From IMG/VR virus record IMGVR_UViG_2778261674_000010: a stretch of 11,037 nt of DNA. One strand, given 5' to 3'. The stretch comes from a virus. Its lineage: Duplodnaviria; Heunggongvirae; Uroviricota; Caudoviricetes. Numbering within the stretch: the first letter of the stretch is position 1; each line of letters opens with the position of its first letter. This document shows, in pieces, positions 8,212 to 11,037 of the stretch. The notes beneath the pieces are model-generated. The model worked only from the letters and a program-made list of their open reading frames with translations, was not told where the DNA came from and ran no database searches. The translations under genes and the position numbers were made by a program.

Positions 8212-8652
8212 AATTATCTCCATTTTTACAAATGAACTTTGTTGATGCGGTGTCTGGTGCCTCCAGGTGACTGCAACCAGTTAACAATTACAGTCGGCTT
8301 TCCCACCCAAACCAATAAGGACTAACATGACTTTTAACTGTGCCACGTGCGCTTAGCCGCATTCACCGCATCACAAAATTCACTTTAAAAAGGGCGGACA
8401 TCAGCCGAACTTCAAGAAAAAAACTGATGCCGCCAGGACTACACACAGCAATGTCGTTATTTACAACCGGAGGCGCACTCCCTCCATTTAAATTTAACAG
8501 ACAAGACCGACTCTTTATGGATATCGGAAATGCGCCTTCGTGTTGTGCCCGGTTTTATTTCACCACCTCCGGGCTTCGGTGGTCTCGGCTATACCCCTAC
8601 AGCGAGAGCTTGTGTTAACATTTCAATACCCTTACAGTTGAGAGTTATTGAT

Positions 8653-9141
8653 ATGTTGGATGTATTTACTCCATTGTTGAAACTTTTTGCTAACGAGCCA
8701 CTCGAAAGACTTATGTATACGATTATCATTTTTGGTCTCACTCTCTGGCTGATACCGAAAGAGTTTACTGTCGCATTCAATGCTTATACTGAAATACCTT
8801 GGCTCTTTCAGATTATCGTTTTTGCCTTTTCTTTCGTGGTCGCCATTTCCTTCTCAAGATTGCGAGCACATATTCAAAAGCATTATTCATTACTACCAGA
8901 GCAACGAGTATTGCTTCGTTTATCTGAGAAAGAAATCGCTGTATTTAAAGATTTCCTTAAAACAGGAAATCTTATTATCACTTCTCCTTGCCGTAACCCG
9001 GTTATGAAAAAATTAGAACGGAAGGGCATCATTCAACATCAGAGTGATAGCGCAAACTGTTCTTATTATCTCGTCACCGAAAAATACTCCCATTTTATGA
9101 AGTTATTCTGGAACAGCAGGAGTAGACGTTTTAATCGTTAG
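8653..9141 (+). CDS. sieB: Superinfection exclusion protein SieB
   Basis: 162 aa from the ATG at 8653: MLDVFTPLLKLFANEPLERLMYTIIIFGLTLWLIPKEF..., with two hydrophobic segments (membrane protein). The 203-aa ORF-track version begins 41 codons upstream without support. The stop TAG (9139-9141) overlaps the convergent ydaF stop. Confidence 0.85.
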   Translation: MLDVFTPLLKLFANEPLERLMYTIIIFGLTLWLIPKEFTVAFNAYTEIPWLFQIIVFAFSFVVAISFSRLRAHIQKHYSLLPEQRVLLRLSEKEIAVFKDFLKTGNLIITSPCRNPVMKKLERKGIIQHQSDSANCSYYLVTEKYSHFMKLFWNSRSRRFNR

Positions 9142-9293
9142 CTTACTGTGTGCTTCTCCAACCATCGGCGCGCACCAGTTTCGGTTTTAAATGTTTTGCT
9201 TTTGGTATACGTCATGGCAGTGAACGTTCCATCCTGGTTGGGGAACACGCCGCACACCAGGGATTCGTTGTTGCCGAGATCGATTTTTTGCAT
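9138..9293 (-). CDS. ydaF: Small protein YdaF (function unknown)
   Basis: Hand translation from the ATG at 9293..9291 gives 51 aa: MQKIDLGNNESLVCGVFPNQDGTFTAMTYTKSKTFKTETGARRWLEKHTVS, stop TAA at 9140..9138. Starts 10 nt downstream of the ydaG stop (operon arrangement). Confidence 0.7.
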   Translation of the reverse strand: MQKIDLGNNESLVCGVFPNQDGTFTAMTYTKSKTFKTETGARRWLEKHTVS

Positions 9294-9303
9294 TTTGCGA
9301 ATC

Positions 9304-9438
9304 TCACATCTTGTTGCTACGTATAGCGACTTCTGCCTGCCAGAGATCCCAGTCGTTGCTGCGTAAAGCCTGCACAGCCTGGTTGTAAGTGATACCGCAA
9401 CAATCCATCAAATACTGAACTACTTCGTAATGCACCAT
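9304..9438 (-). CDS. ydaG: Small protein YdaG (function unknown)
   Basis: Hand translation from the ATG at 9438..9436 gives 44 aa: MVHYEVVQYLMDCCGITYNQAVQALRSNDWDLWQAEVAIRSNKM. Strong SD AGGGGAGAG 5-6 nt upstream. Confidence 0.7.
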   Translation of the reverse strand: MVHYEVVQYLMDCCGITYNQAVQALRSNDWDLWQAEVAIRSNKM

Positions 9439-9602
9439 CTTATCTCTCCCCTTAACGCCGGGTGGCGGAACTAACTGCTGCACTGCAAAATTTGAATCCC
9501 GCCGTCATGTTCTTACGCCTCGGGCTGGCTACTTAACCCCTGACCACTGCCTGGTAACTCGAAGTATTGCCCTGCATTCTGTGGGGCGGGGTGGGTGGCA
9601 GG

Positions 9603-9655
9603 CATATAATGTACTTTGTGTTCATTGTTGTAAAGTACATTTAGTACATTTTATG
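9603..9655. promoter_or_regulatory. Putative OL-like operator/promoter cluster downstream of racR and upstream of ydaG-ydaF
   Basis: ATGTACT at 9609-9615 and its reverse complement AGTACAT at 9634-9640 and 9643-9649. The first two form a 9-bp inverted repeat (ATGTACTTT / AAAGTACAT) with a 14-bp spacer; the last two are tandem at 9-bp spacing. Candidate minus-strand promoter: -35 TTTACA (9634..9629), 17-bp spacer, -10 CATTAT (9611..9606). A plus-strand TATAAT sits at 9605-9610. The same 7-mer recurs in the racR-ydaS region. Confidence 0.45.
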
Positions 9656-9724
9656 TGTAAAAAAATGAGATGGGATAAAGTGAAGCACAAACCCGGAGGA
9701 AGGCGCTACCGGATTTATGCTGGT

Positions 9725-10144
9725 TTAAGAGGCTTTTTGTTTTTTCTTTCGTGCTAACTCTTCGTAAATTGCATTGTACTTCTGTTTTTTCTCTTCAAGA
9801 GTTTTTAAAAGTTCATCTGTCTCACTGTCAGGGAGCTCGTCCAGAAGGTCAATGATGATTTTTTGTCTTGGATTTAACTCCTGATAGAAACGTACCTGTC
9901 CACTTTCTTCTGTATCCTCTCCCAAAAGATAGGTTGGTGTTGTTCCTATTAGTGTTGCTAATTCCCTTAATTTCTCCCGGCGAGGAATTGTTTCGCCATT
10001 AAACCATTTGCTAACCGCTTTTGGTGTTAATTTCATTCGACGGGCAATTTCTGCCTGCCTTCCATGTTGTTCATAACCAGCGTTTTCACAGGCTAGCGCA
10101 AGCCTACTGGCGAACTCTTTACGCGCTTTATCTTCATGAACCAT
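9725..10144 (-). CDS. racR: RacR, cI-like prophage repressor (XRE-family helix-turn-helix)
   Basis: 139 aa from the ATG at 10144..10142: MVHEDKARKEFASRLALACENAGYEQHGRQAEIARRMKLTPKAVSKWFNGETIPRREKLRELATLIGTTPTYLLGE..., with an N-terminal HTH. No SD upstream; a candidate -10 TATCAT ends 7 nt before the ATG, which suggests a leaderless mRNA. Start codon is uncertain: I recall a longer annotated product, but the upstream in-frame codons contain no ATG, GTG or TTG. Confidence 0.85.
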   Translation of the reverse strand: MVHEDKARKEFASRLALACENAGYEQHGRQAEIARRMKLTPKAVSKWFNGETIPRREKLRELATLIGTTPTYLLGEDTEESGQVRFYQELNPRQKIIIDLLDELPDSETDELLKTLEEKKQKYNAIYEELARKKKQKAS

Positions 10145-10223
10145 AAGTTCAATGATATTCGCTCTTGAATGTACTGTCAGTTCTGTTATAGCATGTACTC
10201 AAAGTTCACATTGTGAGGGTGAT
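10145..10223. promoter_or_regulatory. Divergent racR/ydaS promoter-operator region (OR-like immunity switch)
   Basis: Candidate ydaS promoter (+): -35 TTGAAT 10165-10170, 16-bp spacer, TGtTATAGC extended -10 at 10184-10192. Candidate racR promoter (-): -35 CTGACA (10180..10175), 17-bp spacer, -10 TATCAT (10157..10152). Direct repeats of ATGTACT at 10169-10175 and 10193-10199 overlap these elements; AAGTTCA repeats at 10145-10151 and 10202-10208. Confidence 0.5.
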
Positions 10224-10478
10224 ATGAACCAGAAAACACTTGAAGATGTAATCAAAACTGTTCGCGTTGCTGTTGTGGCCGACGTTTGTGGTGTCAGCCA
10301 AAGAGCAATCTATAAATGGATGGATAACGGAAAATTGCCTCGCACAGAATATACCGGCGAAACAAATTACGCTGAAAAAATCGCTCTTGCATCAAACGGA
10401 TTATTTTCTGCCGATGCAATTTTAACTATTGGCAGGAATAAAACTACTACGAAAAAGCTGATGGGAGTTGATTCATGA
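10224..10478 (+). CDS. ydaS: YdaS, Cro-like HTH protein (reported toxic when derepressed)
   Basis: 84 aa from the ATG at 10224: MNQKTLEDVIKTVRVAVVADVCGVSQRAIYKWMDNGKLP..., with HTH (VSQRAIYKWMDNGK). SD GAGGG 5 nt upstream. The ORF-track ATG at 10152 lies within the promoter and has no SD. Stop overlaps the ydaT start (ATGA). Confidence 0.8.
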   Translation: MNQKTLEDVIKTVRVAVVADVCGVSQRAIYKWMDNGKLPRTEYTGETNYAEKIALASNGLFSADAILTIGRNKTTTKKLMGVDS

Positions 10479-10900
10479 AAATCAAGCATGAACACATCCG
10501 CATGGCGATGAATGCCTGGGCGCATCCGGACGGCGAAAAAGTACCGGCTGCGAAAATTACCAAAGCGTATTTCGAGCTGGGAATGACGTTCCCGGAACTG
10601 TATGACGACAGCCATCCGGAAGCCCTGGCTCGCAATACTCAGAAAATTTTCCGCTGGGTGGAGAAAGACACCCCTGATGCGGTTAAAAAAATTCAGGCGT
10701 TGTTACCAGCTATCGAAAAAGCAATGCCACCTCTGCTGGTGGCCCGAATGCGCAGTCATAGCTCAGCCTATTTTCGGGAACTAGTGGAGACGCGGGAACG
10801 ACTGGTGAGAGACGCTGATGATTTTGTCGCAGTGGCGATCGCTGGTTTCAACCAGATGAATCGTGGTGGCCCTGCAGGAAATATTGTGGCTGTGCATTGA
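10475..10900 (+). CDS. ydaT: YdaT (reported CII-like/toxic protein of the Rac immunity region)
   Basis: 141-aa ORF beginning MKIKHEHIRMAMNAWAHPDGEKVPAAKITKAYFELGMTFPELYDD. SD GGGAG 7 nt upstream. Translationally coupled to ydaS. Confidence 0.85.
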   Translation: MKIKHEHIRMAMNAWAHPDGEKVPAAKITKAYFELGMTFPELYDDSHPEALARNTQKIFRWVEKDTPDAVKKIQALLPAIEKAMPPLLVARMRSHSSAYFRELVETRERLVRDADDFVAVAIAGFNQMNRGGPAGNIVAVH

Positions 10901-10971
10901 CTCGCAATATTCATACCGGATCGCTTCCGGCAATTTGTGAGTAAAAAGATTCGGTATCAAAAGAGGTGAGT

Positions 10972-11037
10972 ATGGCTAACGCCTGGCTCAGATTATGGCA
11001 TGACATGCCAAATGACCCTAAGTGGCGAACAATTGCC
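10972..11037 (+). CDS. ydaU: 5' end of the next rightward gene (probably ydaU); truncated by the window end
   Basis: ATG at 10972 preceded by AAGAGGTGAG; encodes MANAWLRLWHDMPNDPKWRTIA up to the window end. Symbol assigned from gene order and partial recall only. Confidence 0.5.
   Translation, partial: MANAWLRLWHDMPNDPKWRTIA

Noticed and set aside
8340-8618. Plus-strand 92-aa ORF in the kilR-sieB gap as a protein-coding gene
   Set aside because: GTG start with no Shine-Dalgarno, internal ATGs also lack SDs, and its 3' end overlaps predicted structured RNA. Retained only as a low-confidence note in the findings.
8530-8652. Upstream extension of sieB (203-aa version in the ORF track)
   Set aside because: The extension begins at a non-ATG start and encodes a Pro/Gly-rich peptide over structured intergenic sequence. 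The ATG at 8653 gives the recognisable SieB N-terminus MLDVFTPLL.
9148-9366. Plus-strand ORF (72 aa) across ydaF-ydaG
   Set aside because: Antisense to two well-supported small genes with good start contexts; hydrophobic nonsense translation.
10152-10223. Upstream ATG at 10152 as the ydaS start (108-aa version)
   Set aside because: It lies within the divergent promoter region and has no SD, whereas the ATG at 10224 has GAGGG 5 nt upstream. The shorter product begins directly with the HTH-containing domain.
10916-10930. Short hairpin CCGGA-TCGCT-TCCGG between ydaT and ydaU as a terminator
   Set aside because: Only a 5-bp stem with a poor T-tract (CAATTTGTG). More likely incidental, or at most a weak attenuator.
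1-11037. CRISPR array, tRNA or rRNA genes
   Set aside because: No regularly spaced direct repeats with unique spacers and no tRNA- or rRNA-like sequence recognised. The prophage junction here is in a protein gene (ttcA), not a tRNA.

Overview
This window reads as the left arm and immunity region of an E. coli K-12-type Rac cryptic lambdoid prophage, with the adjacent host junction. All identifications rest on my own recognition of the translated proteins and motifs; no database search was run. Left to right: an IS10 outside end (1-124, element continues left of the window) inserted into dbpA, leaving only its 3' part (125-866); REP-type palindromes; ttcA (-); the attL junction; then on the minus strand intR, xisR/ydaQ, ydaC, ralR, recT, recE, racC, ydaE, kilR; a 440-bp gap; sieB (+); ydaF and ydaG (-); racR (-); and ydaS, ydaT and the start of ydaU (+). 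No tRNA, rRNA or CRISPR array was seen. I do not see an obviously new multi-gene system; this is a well-studied locus. The points most worth a second look are the IS10 disruption of dbpA, a 7-mer (ATGTACT) repeated five times in the two intergenic regions flanking racR (candidate operators), an apparently leaderless racR, a C-rich tract in the predicted ydaG leader, and the uncharacterised ydaG-ydaF pair convergent with sieB.
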